Made by a program: the position numbers and the translations under genes
Shown: piece by piece, positions 38,440 to 48,530 of the stretch
How positions within the stretch are numbered: position 1 is the first letter of the stretch
Layout of the letters: the number at the start of each line of letters is the position of its first letter
Assembly (NCBI GenBank): GCA_963793425.1
Contig: CAWCAG010000009.1
Coordinates: forward strand, 480,001-544,000
DNA: 64,000 nucleotides
Reading direction: 5' to 3'
Origin: an uncultured cyanobacterium
GTDB taxonomy: Bacteria; Cyanobacteriota; Cyanobacteriia; Cyanobacteriales; CAWCAG01
The notes under the pieces: model-generated
Database searches by the model: none
The model's input: only the letters and a program-made list of their open reading frames with translations
What the model was told of the DNA's origin: nothing

Positions 38440-39591
38440 TTGAAACCTAAACCACTTATGACACTATCAACCTCTTCTTCAATTTGCATTACCATAGGAA
38501 CTCGCCCCGAAGCCATCAAATTAGCTCCTGTTATTCAAGAATTTCTTGGTTCCTCTGCATTTAAAATTCAAGTAGTTCTTACTGGACAGCATCGCGAGAT
38601 GGTAGATCAGGTTATGCAGTTATTTGAGTTAAAGGCAAACTGGGACTTAAATATCATGCGACCCAAGCAAACTTTAACAGATATTACTTGTCGTAGTTTA
38701 CAGGGTCTAGAAGCTCTATTCAAAGAAATTAAACCTCAATTAGTATTAGTTCAAGGTGACACCACCACAGCCTGTGCAGCGGCTTTAGGGGCGTTTTATC
38801 AACAAATTCCTATTGGCCATGTTGAGGCCGGTTTACGTACAGATAATCTTTATAACCCTTATCCAGAAGAAGCTAACCGCCGCCTAATTTCTCAGTTAAG
38901 TCAGCTACACTTTGCACCAACTCCCAAAGCTGTAGACAATTTGCTTAAGTCTGGGGTGACAGGAGAAGTTCATCAAACAGGAAATACAGTTATTGATGCT
39001 TTATTGAAAGTAGCTAAAAGTGAGCCTGCTTGCGAAATTCCTGGTTTAGCTTGGGGTCAATATCGCACTCTTTTAGCCACAGTACATCGTCGGGAAAATT
39101 GGGGAGAGCCTTTGGAAGAAATTCTGAAGGGGTTTCTACTAGTTCTAGAGAAATTTCCTGATACAGCATTGTTATTACCAATGCACCGCAATCCTACGGT
39201 CAGAAAACCGATTCAAACTGCTTTGGGTGAACATCCCCGCGCCTTTTTGACTGAACCTTTAGATTATGCTCAATTAGTAGGAGCAATTCAACGTTGTTAT
39301 TTGCTCTTAACCGATTCAGGGGGATTACAGGAAGAAGCACCCAGTTTAGGTAAGCCAGTGTTGGTTTTACGGGAAACCACAGAGCGTCCCGAAGCTGTTG
39401 AGGCAGGTACAGCAGAATTGGTGGGAACTACAGCTAACAATATTTTAGCAGCAGCTAGCAAATTATTAGAAAATGAAGTTGCTTATCAAAAAATGGCGGG
39501 GGCCATTAACCCTTTTGGAGATGGTCAGGCTTCAGGGAGAATTGTCAAAATTGTTGAGAAATATTTAGCAACTGGAGTAAAACCAGACTAA
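38440..39591 (+). CDS. wecB: UDP-N-acetylglucosamine 2-epimerase (non-hydrolysing)
   Basis: GTRPEAIK, TGQHR, QGDT, HVEAGLR, PEEANR, HRRENWG, TDSGGLQEEAP. Confidence 0.96.
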   Translation: MKPKPLMTLSTSSSICITIGTRPEAIKLAPVIQEFLGSSAFKIQVVLTGQHREMVDQVMQLFELKANWDLNIMRPKQTLTDITCRSLQGLEALFKEIKPQLVLVQGDTTTACAAALGAFYQQIPIGHVEAGLRTDNLYNPYPEEANRRLISQLSQLHFAPTPKAVDNLLKSGVTGEVHQTGNTVIDALLKVAKSEPACEIPGLAWGQYRTLLATVHRRENWGEPLEEILKGFLLVLEKFPDTALLLPMHRNPTVRKPIQTALGEHPRAFLTEPLDYAQLVGAIQRCYLLLTDSGGLQEEAPSLGKPVLVLRETTERPEAVEAGTAELVGTTANNILAAASKLLENEVAYQKMAGAINPFGDGQASGRIVKIVEKYLATGVKPD

Positions 39592-39625
39592 AATACTCAA
39601 ATCACCTCAGATAATTAAACTGACA

Positions 39626-39817
39626 ATGACTACCCATTTTATTACTGCTGAAATTGACCTCCAAGAATCTCCTACCCAACTACAACAGGAAATTGAAGCA
39701 GAATTAACTAAGCAAGGTAAACCTTTACGTTGGGCTGTTACCAAAGTAGATAGTGAACAGCAAAAAGTTCAAGTGGAAGCTGTTGTTACCACAGAATCTG
39801 AAGTTATTGAAGCGTAA
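39626..39817 (+). CDS. Small conserved hypothetical protein
   Basis: MTTHFITAEIDLQ...G.PLRWA.T...VEAVVT. Confidence 0.75.
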   Translation: MTTHFITAEIDLQESPTQLQQEIEAELTKQGKPLRWAVTKVDSEQQKVQVEAVVTTESEVIEA

Positions 39818-39822
39818 TATTT

Positions 39823-40905
39823 TTGGTCAATCAACCTCCTTACACCGTAGTTTTAATTGTTCCTACTGGCATTGGTGCTGCCATCGGTGGTTATGCCGGA
39901 GATGCCCTGCCTGTAGCTAGGGCAATATCGCAAACCTGCGATCGCTTAATTACCCATCCTAATGTTCTTAATGGCGCTCAATTATACTGGCCTTTACCTA
40001 ACAGCTTTTATGTGGAAGGTTACGGCTTAGATCAGTTCGCTGTTGGCAATTGGGGCTTGCGTCCAGTACCACAAAACCGCATTGGTTTAATCTTCGACAA
40101 AGCCATAGAACCTGAATTACAACTACGCCATCTTCAAGCCGCAGATGCCGCCAGAGCAACGTTGGGGCTATCTGTAACCAACTACATAAGGACTGACAAA
40201 CCTTTGGGAGTAGAACTGCGTACAGCCCCTTCAGGGGCAAGTATGGGAACAATTAGTAACCCAGATAGTTTGTTAGGGGCCGCAGAAAAGCTGATCAAAC
40301 AAGAGGATGCAGAAGCGATCGCCGTAGTTGCCCGTTTTCCTGATGAAGTTGAAACAGTCGCCTTACAAAACTATCGCCAAGGTTCAGGGGTAGATCCCCT
40401 CGCTGGGGCAGAGGCGGTTATCTCTCACCTCATTGTACGTACTTTTAAAGTACCTTGCGCCCACGCCCCTGCTTTGTTACCCCTACCAGTAGATCCCACT
40501 GTTTCTCCCCGTGCGGCGGCTGAAGAATTAGGCTACACCTTCTTACCCTGCGTCTTAGCTGGATTAAGTCGCGCCCCTCAATACATAATTCCCCAACCAG
40601 GTTACATTAATTTACCTGAAGACATCTGGGCAGAACAAGTTAATGCGGTGGTTGTCCCCGCTACGGCTTGTGGTGGTAGTGCCTTACTAAGTTTAAGCAA
40701 CAGCAGCAGTAGAATAATTATTGCAGTTGAGAATAATCAAACCCAAATGCAAGTTGATCCAGAAAAAGTTGGTATTAAAGCAATTCGGGTAAACTCATAT
40801 TTAGAGGCTTTAGGGATTTTAGTTGCCCATCGTGCCGGTATTGACCCTGGGGCCTTAAACCCTTCCCTATCGTCTCTAAGTTCTCTATCTCAAACCTGTG
40901 ACTAA
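39823..40905 (+). CDS. DUF3326 family protein
   Basis: IVPTGIGA.IGGYAGDA, ITHPNVLNGA, YVEGY.LD, GVDPLAG.EAVISH. Confidence 0.88.
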   Translation: MVNQPPYTVVLIVPTGIGAAIGGYAGDALPVARAISQTCDRLITHPNVLNGAQLYWPLPNSFYVEGYGLDQFAVGNWGLRPVPQNRIGLIFDKAIEPELQLRHLQAADAARATLGLSVTNYIRTDKPLGVELRTAPSGASMGTISNPDSLLGAAEKLIKQEDAEAIAVVARFPDEVETVALQNYRQGSGVDPLAGAEAVISHLIVRTFKVPCAHAPALLPLPVDPTVSPRAAAEELGYTFLPCVLAGLSRAPQYIIPQPGYINLPEDIWAEQVNAVVVPATACGGSALLSLSNSSSRIIIAVENNQTQMQVDPEKVGIKAIRVNSYLEALGILVAHRAGIDPGALNPSLSSLSSLSQTCD

Positions 40906-41503
40906 CCAATCTCCTAACCACCCTGAAATTGAACCCCTAACTCGCAACCAAGTTTTGGTAGTTATGGGGGTTACGGCTGTTGTTTTGTTGATTGCTGCAA
41001 AAATCTGGCAATACTTTGGTTCCGTTTCTCTGCTACCTTTTTATTTCAACGCTAATTCTGTATTAATTGGTTTGAGTTTGGCCCTAATTATTCCGGCTAT
41101 TAGCAGCTTGGTTTATCGTTTGTGGCCAGCTTATCGTGAAAGTGCAGATTTTTATTTAGAGTTAGTCCTTAAACCCCTAGAATGGCAAGATATTATTTGG
41201 TTAGGGCTGTTACCTGGCTTAAGCGAAGAGCTACTATTTAGAGGAGTAATGTTACCTGCTTTGGGAGAAGATATTGCAGCAGTGGTAATATCTAGTATTT
41301 GTTTCGGTGTCCTTCATTTTAGTGGTTCCCAACAATGGCCCTATGTAGTTTGGGCTAGTTTTGTCGGGGCAATTTTAGGTATGAGTGCTGTGTTAACAGG
41401 AAACTTACTTGTACCAGTATTAGCTCATATTATTACTAATTTAATTTCTAGTAGTTTGTGGAAGTTAAGCAACCCTATTGAATCAAATTCTTCTTCAAGT
41501 TAA
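40898..41503 (+). CDS. CPBP (CAAX/Abi) family intramembrane metalloprotease
   Basis: EELLFRG, FG.LH, AH...N motifs. Confidence 0.9.
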   Translation: MTNQSPNHPEIEPLTRNQVLVVMGVTAVVLLIAAKIWQYFGSVSLLPFYFNANSVLIGLSLALIIPAISSLVYRLWPAYRESADFYLELVLKPLEWQDIIWLGLLPGLSEELLFRGVMLPALGEDIAAVVISSICFGVLHFSGSQQWPYVVWASFVGAILGMSAVLTGNLLVPVLAHIITNLISSSLWKLSNPIESNSSSS

Positions 41504-41597
41504 TAATCTCAAATTCTTGGGCTGTTTTGGAATTGATGATACGGAGGGTTTGTAGAATTAAAAAGAAACCCTTAGCCATTGTTCTAGCTGAAATAAG

Positions 41598-41885
41598 ATG
41601 AGATTTGTTAATCCTAAAACCGACTTTGCCTTTAAGAAGATATTCGGTTCAGAAAATAGCAAGAATATACTGATTAGTTTTCTCAATGCCCTGCTTTATG
41701 AAGGGCAGGATATTATCCAAGACTTAGAAATAATTGAAACTTATTCTGCTGGTAAAGTTGCTACCCTCAAAGACTCTTATTTAGATGTCAAAGCGAGAAT
41801 TAGCGATGGCACAAACGTCATTATTGAAATGCAAGTTATTAATGTTGAAGCTTTCAAAGTCTTGCCGATTTGTCAACTTGGCTAG
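41598..41885 (+). pseudogene. Rpn family recombination-promoting nuclease/putative transposase, truncated
   Basis: MRFVNPKTDFAFKKIFGS...LISFLNA...LDVKA....G..VIIEMQV, then stops at 95 aa. Confidence 0.8.
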
Positions 41886-41974
41886 ACAATAGATAAAAAA
41901 GCTCCTACGAATTTACTTAAGGACATTTTTAGTAAATTCGTGAGAATTGGTACTTTGATATTTTTATCTATTAA

Positions 41975-43339
41975 TTAACTAAATTTAGGTTCATACCCAC
42001 TGATGCTACCATTTTCAATCTCCTCAAAACTGCGGGATCTTTGGGTTTTCAATAGAGAAATATTGGCGGTAAGAAGAAAGCTAGTAAAAGAAGCGATCGC
42101 AACTATGGGCAGAATGGTAGTATCAGAAAGAACAGTAAGAATAACAGTGGTACTGACAGGAGTTTTGGTAACTGCCACATTAACTGCTGCCATAAGACAA
42201 AGCATAGCAATGGTGGGATGAAATTGCGGTAAGGCAATGGAAATTGCTAATCCTAAGTTAGCGCCGATGAAGAATAGAGGGAAGATAAAGCCGCCTCTAA
42301 AGCCACCGTGGAGAGTGAAGCTGATGGCGAACATTTTGGCTACAGCAATGCCTAGCAACATAGTTACCCCCAAAGTCGGCCCCTGTTCAATAACTGTTTC
42401 GATTTGTTCTTCACTAAAGAAGAGAGTTTGGGGAAAAATGAGGGCAATGAGGCCGATGGACAAACCGCCTAAAGTTGCTAGTAAAATATGGCGATGTTCG
42501 ATAGCTTCAATCCAAGATTTAGTGAAACGAAAGATGTAAATAAAGATAATTGCCGCTAGTCCTCCAGCCAAGCCTAAGATAATGCCTTGGAGGAGATGAT
42601 ACCAAGAAAGAGTAGGCAAATTATCAAAAAGATCAAAGCGATAAATACCTCCGACATCTAAACCTGTGCTGAAGCGAAAGACAGAGAAACTAAATATACC
42701 TGCAATAATGGCTGGTACAATGGCTTCATAGTATTCTAAACTACGGCGGTGGGGAATTTCCAATGCAAAAAGCGCTCCCCCAATCGGTGCGCCAAAAAAG
42801 GCTCCTAGGGCAGCACTCATACCGCAAAAGGTGAAGATACGGACATTGTTCACGGCTAGGTTTAACTTCGTTCCCAACCAACTACCCAAACTGCCATTAA
42901 TTTGTACTAAAGGAGCTTCTGGTCCTGCACTACCTCCTGCGGTGATGGAAATTAAGGAGGTGATAATCATTCCAGGTGTTTGCTTGGTATCCATCCTACC
43001 AGGATCATGGACACTATCTATTACCACCGCCATTTCTCCAGGTAATCCTAATAAGTGAAGAGATAAACCAACAAAAAATCCCCCTATTGTAGTAACAATC
43101 CAAACATAATTCCAAGCAGGTAACCAGCTAGGGAAATAAGGGTTTAAAAATTCTGGGAAAGTATGCCAGAAAAAATGCAAAAGTTTTTCCAAAACAAAAT
43201 AATAACTAGTAGCAACTAGTCCCCCAGCAATACCAATTAAGGAAGCTCCCACAATTGTTTGCCAATAGCTTGGTTTTCCTTCTTCATTTGTACTAGTTAG
43301 TTTCTGGCGATAATCGTGGATGATTTCAGTTACCATCAT
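41975..43339 (-). CDS. CLC-family chloride channel/transporter
   Basis: GGSAGPEAP, GAFFGAPIGGALFALE, GFRGGFIFP, many TM helices. Confidence 0.9.
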   Translation of the reverse strand: MMVTEIIHDYRQKLTSTNEEGKPSYWQTIVGASLIGIAGGLVATSYYFVLEKLLHFFWHTFPEFLNPYFPSWLPAWNYVWIVTTIGGFFVGLSLHLLGLPGEMAVVIDSVHDPGRMDTKQTPGMIITSLISITAGGSAGPEAPLVQINGSLGSWLGTKLNLAVNNVRIFTFCGMSAALGAFFGAPIGGALFALEIPHRRSLEYYEAIVPAIIAGIFSFSVFRFSTGLDVGGIYRFDLFDNLPTLSWYHLLQGIILGLAGGLAAIIFIYIFRFTKSWIEAIEHRHILLATLGGLSIGLIALIFPQTLFFSEEQIETVIEQGPTLGVTMLLGIAVAKMFAISFTLHGGFRGGFIFPLFFIGANLGLAISIALPQFHPTIAMLCLMAAVNVAVTKTPVSTTVILTVLSDTTILPIVAIASFTSFLLTANISLLKTQRSRSFEEIENGSISGYEPKFS

Positions 43340-43715
43340 TATTTGATTACGTGGATAGATGAGCTATTTTTAGGTATACAGTTATTCTCCCTTTAGTTAA
43401 GAGAGCATTTCTAATCTGCTGGAATAATTATCTTTTACAAGAGAATCAGATAGTTGAAGTTCAGTTTTTGAAAGCAAGCAATGTCAGAATAAAAACTATC
43501 GTAATTAGTCGATTTGCACCAATGAGGCTGACTATAATGGCTGATTGATAGTTAATATTTAGTCATGAAAATAAGTTAGCAAGATTATTCTTTTAATAGT
43601 GTTCTTCACTAACTTTTTTGATTTAATGAGAAATATAAAATGTAAATCACGCATGGCTTTAGCAAATATTCAGCATGACAGTTACTGAAATCGCGGATTT
43701 TACAAGAAACAACAC

Positions 43716-43830
43716 TACAGCCTTTCTCAGACTCATGAAGTACATTTAGTCTATTTCCATATTACCACTAGCTATTAGCTATTAGCAAAAACTAGAATCT
43801 ATGCTCTACCTCATTAGAGAAATTACTATA
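43716..43830. mobile_element. Degenerate MITE-like element
   Basis: TACAGCCTTTCTCAGACTCATGAAGTACA ... TACCTCATTAGAGAAATTACTATA imperfect terminal inverted repeats bounded by TA; internal TAGCTAT repeats. Confidence 0.4.
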
Positions 43831-43843
43831 CTTCTGTGCTTTA

Positions 43844-45010
43844 TTAGCCAAACTCTTTTAAGCCCTGTAAAACTCCCTTTGCTTCTATACCTTTATTTTG
43901 TACCAAAACTTTAAATCCTCCTAATCCGGTAGGATCAATTAATTGGTGTAAGGCATCACGACGTTGCAATACTTCTTGAAAATTAAATGTACCGTTAGAA
44001 AGTGCTTGCAAACGCTCCCCTAAACCTAACGCCATGAGAAACATCCCTTGTTGAGTTAATCCTACTTTTTGTAAACCAAATAACTCTCCCAAAAATTCCA
44101 AAGCAGTGAAGTTAACGTGGCTAGTAATATCTTGATAACCTAGATTAAGATAAGGGTTATTGTGACGGCGATGTTGATAGTAACATTGCAAAGTTCCTTG
44201 ACTACGTTGAGGGTGATAATATTTAGTAGCATCGTAGCCATAATCGATGGTAATTAAATATCCTTTACTAAGTCTTTTGCTGAGAGTTTCCAACCAATTT
44301 AAAGCTGCTAGATTTACTTCGCTGCGATAACCATCGGCATAAGTTTTGTTACTGAAATTAATATCTAATTGAGTGAAATAGTCGGTTAATTGAGGGGTGG
44401 AAGGGGCTGCGATTATTTCTACTAATTTATTCTCTAATGAAGTCAAGTAAACTTCCTGTAACTTCCCTTCTTGCCAAACAACTTGATGCACAGGAAAAGC
44501 ATCCACTAACTCATTGGAAAAACAACAACCAACTAAGGAATTTTCCGGAATTTCTTGCCAAGTTTTCCAAGCTATATCAACTCCTTTGTCTAACCATGGT
44601 TGCAATAACTCTTGTTGTCTCCCCACTAACCCTGGTGCTTGTTCAATAATAATATAACTAAGCTTTTTGAGTAATTGAGGAACATGATGCTGTAAATAAT
44701 TAAAAACATCTGCGGCCAAAACTCCTTGCCCTGCACCCATTTCTACTAAACTAAAAAATGCAGGTTGACCTAAAATTTCCCAAATCTCAATAAATTGCTT
44801 CCCTAACAACTCTCCAAAATCTGCCCCTAAAGAAGAAGAAGTAAAAAAATCTCCTTGGGAACCAATTTGGACAGTGCCAGAGCTATAGTAGCCATAGTGG
44901 GGATGGTATAGTACCAAATCCATAAACTCAGCGAAAGTAATCCGTTTTTGAGGAGAAGTAGCAATTTGCTTAGTAATTAAGTTTAATAAATGTTGGGAAT
45001 TGGAGTTCAT
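43844..45010 (-). CDS. SAM-dependent methyltransferase, MidA/NDUFAF7 family
   Basis: FAEFM...LY.P..GYY, GDFFTS, EMGAG.G, SNELVDAFPV, IDYG, QDITSHVNF. Confidence 0.9.
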   Translation of the reverse strand: MNSNSQHLLNLITKQIATSPQKRITFAEFMDLVLYHPHYGYYSSGTVQIGSQGDFFTSSSLGADFGELLGKQFIEIWEILGQPAFFSLVEMGAGQGVLAADVFNYLQHHVPQLLKKLSYIIIEQAPGLVGRQQELLQPWLDKGVDIAWKTWQEIPENSLVGCCFSNELVDAFPVHQVVWQEGKLQEVYLTSLENKLVEIIAAPSTPQLTDYFTQLDINFSNKTYADGYRSEVNLAALNWLETLSKRLSKGYLITIDYGYDATKYYHPQRSQGTLQCYYQHRRHNNPYLNLGYQDITSHVNFTALEFLGELFGLQKVGLTQQGMFLMALGLGERLQALSNGTFNFQEVLQRRDALHQLIDPTGLGGFKVLVQNKGIEAKGVLQGLKEFG

Positions 45011-45027
45011 TATTAAGGAATCAAATT

Positions 45028-45627
45028 GTGTCTATAGAAGGCTCTTTCGATAAAAATAGCCTAGGTTGGCAGCTAGGAATACTGAGACAAAGATTGGGAG
45101 AATGGTTAGAACTAAATTTTTCCCCTAGATTACCAAATTTTTCCTTACCATCTGGCTCAGTTTCTCCTTTAGTATTAGGATTTATAGAATTTGTGCTTTG
45201 GCTACTTTTAGCTTTAGCGATCGCCTGGACTATTTGGCAACTTTGGTTATTATTAAATCCTTATTTCCAAGACTTTGGCAAGCAAAGGAACAAAAAGACC
45301 CAAAAAGGTCAAAAAGAAGCTTTAGATATTTCTGTTTCTGCTTGGTTAGCAAGGGCGCAAAAAATGCAACAACAAGGAAACTACAAAGAAGCTTGTTTTT
45401 GTCTCTATCAAGCCATGTTAAAGCGGTTAGATGAAAAGGAAATCATCTCTCAAGAATTAAGTCGTACTGATGGGGAATATCGTCAATTAGTTAGGAATAC
45501 TTCTCAACCTGAGCCTTATAATACTTTACTTAATAGTCACGAAGAATTATGTTTCAGTCAAGCCGAAGCTTCTCAAGAGATTTTTGCTGAGTGTAAAGAG
45601 GCTTATGGACAAATAGGTAATAAGTGA
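45028..45627 (+). CDS. DUF4129 domain membrane protein
   Basis: TM helix then W...A....QG.Y.EA...LY.A.L..L, SRTDGEY. Confidence 0.8.
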   Translation: MSIEGSFDKNSLGWQLGILRQRLGEWLELNFSPRLPNFSLPSGSVSPLVLGFIEFVLWLLLALAIAWTIWQLWLLLNPYFQDFGKQRNKKTQKGQKEALDISVSAWLARAQKMQQQGNYKEACFCLYQAMLKRLDEKEIISQELSRTDGEYRQLVRNTSQPEPYNTLLNSHEELCFSQAEASQEIFAECKEAYGQIGNK

Positions 45628-45640
45628 TAGGTAGGATGCT

Positions 45641-46726
45641 ATGTTTTCTCGAAGTAAACTTTGGTTAATCGGTATTATTATTGTTGCTGCGCTAGCCTTG
45701 CTAACTATATTTATTGCCCCCAACAAAAGTACTAGTAATAGCGGTTCTACCTATAGTCGTGATCCTGCTGGTTATGGTGCTTGGTATAGTTTTATGGAAA
45801 ATAAAGGAGTTAATATCGAGCGGTGGCAAAAACCAACATCAACACTATTTGATTCAGAATCTAGCACCCCAACCACCTTATTACAAATTAATAGCCGAAT
45901 ACAACCTCAACCTTATTTAGATAAAGTTATACCCTGGCTCAGAAAAGGCAACACTTTAATAGTTTTAGGTATACAACAACCGGTTACGAAAGCTGAATTT
46001 AGTACCTGGCACAAAACTCCTTCCGGCAGCATTAAAATTGTCACTAGCAGGCGTAATCACAACTTAGAAAATCAGCTTTTAACCGATGATTTTGGAGCGA
46101 TTATTTGGCAACAACCACAGCAAGCAGGACGCATAATTTTTGTCACCACTCCTCATTTAGCTGCTAATGCTTACCAAGACATTGAAGGGAATTATGAACT
46201 ATTAGCTCAATTAGCCACAGAAGGAAGCAAAAAATTATTTGTTGATGAATATCTCCACGGTTATAAAGATGAAGAAGTCATTGAAGAAGAAGCAGGAGGA
46301 AATGTTTTTAGCTACCTGAGCAAAACTCCTTTAGCCGTGGTAGCTATCCAAGCTATAATAATCCTTCTAGTGGCAATTTGGGGTCATAATCGTCGCTTTG
46401 GACAGCCCATAACTATTGAAACTCCTAAAGTTAATAACAGCGAAGCTTATATTAATGCCTTAGCTGGAGTTTTGCAAAAAGCAGGTAGCACCGAATTCGT
46501 GTTTAAGGTTGTTGGGAAAGAAGAACAAATCCAACTACAAAAAGCCTTATTATTGGGGACAACTCCCCTAGAAAAAGAAGCTTTAATCCAAGCTTGGAAA
46601 CAGCAAAAAGGAAGTTCTACTCAAGAATTAAAAGATGTATTAAACTGGCAGAGAAAAAAAGATCGCCTCAAGGAAGCGGACTTGCTACTCTGGTTAGATA
46701 AGTGGGCCAAAATTCGCGCTCAATAA
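45641..46726 (+). CDS. DUF4350 domain protein
   Basis: STY...P.GY.AWY, N..LL..L, DEY.HG, RRFG; upstream of MoxR. Confidence 0.8.
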   Translation: MFSRSKLWLIGIIIVAALALLTIFIAPNKSTSNSGSTYSRDPAGYGAWYSFMENKGVNIERWQKPTSTLFDSESSTPTTLLQINSRIQPQPYLDKVIPWLRKGNTLIVLGIQQPVTKAEFSTWHKTPSGSIKIVTSRRNHNLENQLLTDDFGAIIWQQPQQAGRIIFVTTPHLAANAYQDIEGNYELLAQLATEGSKKLFVDEYLHGYKDEEVIEEEAGGNVFSYLSKTPLAVVAIQAIIILLVAIWGHNRRFGQPITIETPKVNNSEAYINALAGVLQKAGSTEFVFKVVGKEEQIQLQKALLLGTTPLEKEALIQAWKQQKGSSTQELKDVLNWQRKKDRLKEADLLLWLDKWAKIRAQ

Positions 46727-46781
46727 CTGTTTACCATCAAATTTTTCCCTCCCTATCCCCCATCTCCCGCTCCCTTCTCTT

Positions 46782-47732
46782 ATGAAACAAGACACCAATC
46801 TATTCAACCGCCTCAGTCAAACTTTGGGTAAAATAATTATCGGTCAATCCGACATCGTAGAACAATTACTTGTGGCGCTGTTGGCTGGGGGTCATGTTAT
46901 TATTGAAGGAGTACCAGGTACAGGGAAAACTTTATTAGTTAAGGTTTTAGCAAGGTTAATTCAAGCAGAATTCCGCCGGGTACAGTTAACCCCGGATATT
47001 TTACCCTCAGATATTATCGGTACAAATATCTTCAACATTAACACCAGTGAATTTAGCCTCAGAAAAGGGCCTGTGTTCACAGAAGTGTTGTTAGCAGACG
47101 AAATTAACCGTACTCCCCCCAAAACTCAAGCTGCTTTATTAGAAGCAATGGAAGAGCAGCAGGTAACTTTGGATGGAGAAACTTTGCCCCTCTCAGAATT
47201 ATTTTGGGTAATTGCCACACAAAACTCCTTAGAATTTGAAGGAACTTACCCCTTGCCAGAAGCACAATTAGACCGCTTTTTGTTTAAGCTAGTGGTGGGT
47301 TATCCTAATCAAGAGGCAGAAAAACAGATGTTGCGTAATGCCCATAAGGGTTTCCGTGCCAAAAGAATTGACTTAGCCCGTCTTAAATCCCTAGCTACGG
47401 TGCAGCAAATCTTAGAAGCAAGGAAAGCTGCCAGGGAAATAGAAGTGAAAGAGAATATTTTTGATTATTTACTTGCTTTAATTGAACGCACTCGTAAACA
47501 TCCTGATTTAGCTTTAGGTGCATCCCCCCGATCTGCTGTCGCTTGGTTACAAACTGCAAAAGCTAAGGCATGGCTAGCAGGAAGAAGCTTTGTTACCCCT
47601 GATGATGTCAAAGATATCGCCCCACCCATTCTTCGTCACCGCCTAATTCTCAAACCAGAAGCGCAGTTAGATGGTTTACAAATGGAAGCAGTGATTGCTT
47701 CTTTACTTAAGCAAGTACCCGTACCAAGGTAG
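46782..47732 (+). CDS. moxR: MoxR family AAA+ ATPase
   Basis: GVPGTGKT, RVQLTPDILPSD, LADEINRTPPKTQAALLEAMEE, EGTYPLPEAQLDRF. Confidence 0.95.
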   Translation: MKQDTNLFNRLSQTLGKIIIGQSDIVEQLLVALLAGGHVIIEGVPGTGKTLLVKVLARLIQAEFRRVQLTPDILPSDIIGTNIFNINTSEFSLRKGPVFTEVLLADEINRTPPKTQAALLEAMEEQQVTLDGETLPLSELFWVIATQNSLEFEGTYPLPEAQLDRFLFKLVVGYPNQEAEKQMLRNAHKGFRAKRIDLARLKSLATVQQILEARKAAREIEVKENIFDYLLALIERTRKHPDLALGASPRSAVAWLQTAKAKAWLAGRSFVTPDDVKDIAPPILRHRLILKPEAQLDGLQMEAVIASLLKQVPVPR

Positions 47733-47736
47733 AGTC

Positions 47737-47769
47737 AATGATAAATGATAAATGATAAATGATAAATGA
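47737..47769. repeat. 7-bp STRR (AATGATA)x4.7
   Basis: Fills nearly the whole gap between the convergent moxR and SDR genes. Confidence 0.85.
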
Positions 47770-47770
47770 A

Positions 47771-48496
47771 TTAAAGGTTCCAACCTCCTGCAACCTCCAA
47801 CACTTGCCCAGTTATATAATCGGCATTGGGGTTAACAAAAAACCAAACAGCATTGGTAAATTCATCAAAAGTTGCTGGACGTTTGGCAGGTAATTGGGGA
47901 ATAAAATCCTCTAAATCCACAGAATTTTCTACTACTCCAGGAGACACCACATTAGCTGTAATATTATCCTCCACAACTTCCTTGGCGAGAGATTTTGTAT
48001 AAATTATAATGCCAGTCTTAGCAATCACATAGGGAGTAATATTTTTCCTTGCTAAGACATGATGGGCGCTAGCAAAACCAAGGTTAATAATCCTTCCCCA
48101 GCCTGCCTTTTTTAAATAAGGGAGCGCCGTTTGAGTTACATAAAAAGTAGCATGAAGATTAGAATCAATAATGCTGTGCCACTCTTCTATTGATACTTCG
48201 CTGGTGATTTTTTCGAGATAATTGCCCACATTATTAACCACCACCGATAGCCCTCCTAAACCCTGAACTGCTTTCTCTATAAGCTTTTCTACTTCTTGGG
48301 GTTTAGTGACATCAGCTTGAAGAGTAATTGCTTTTACCCCTAAATCTCTTGCTTCAGTGCAAGTTTTGTTAGCTTCTTCTTCACTCCTGAGATAATGAAT
48401 TGCTACATCAAAACCCTTACTAGCCAGATCAAGGGCGATCGCCTTACCAATTCCCTTAGCAGATCCCGTTACTAATGCTTTTTTCAGTTTCGCCAT
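47771..48496 (-). CDS. SDR oxidoreductase, TmpR/FolM/PTR1-like pteridine reductase
   Basis: TGSAKGIG, AIHY.RS, NNVGNY, YVIAK; resembles the TmpR dihydropteridine/dihydrofolate reductase subfamily. Confidence 0.75.
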   Translation of the reverse strand: MAKLKKALVTGSAKGIGKAIALDLASKGFDVAIHYLRSEEEANKTCTEARDLGVKAITLQADVTKPQEVEKLIEKAVQGLGGLSVVVNNVGNYLEKITSEVSIEEWHSIIDSNLHATFYVTQTALPYLKKAGWGRIINLGFASAHHVLARKNITPYVIAKTGIIIYTKSLAKEVVEDNITANVVSPGVVENSVDLEDFIPQLPAKRPATFDEFTNAVWFFVNPNADYITGQVLEVAGGWNL

Positions 48497-48530
48497 TAAT
48501 AATTACTAATTCTAACATTTACTGACTGAA

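Noticed and set aside
43340..43715. Fluoride riboswitch upstream of the CLC gene
   Set aside because: No GGCGATGG...CTGATGA-type consensus found on the minus strand
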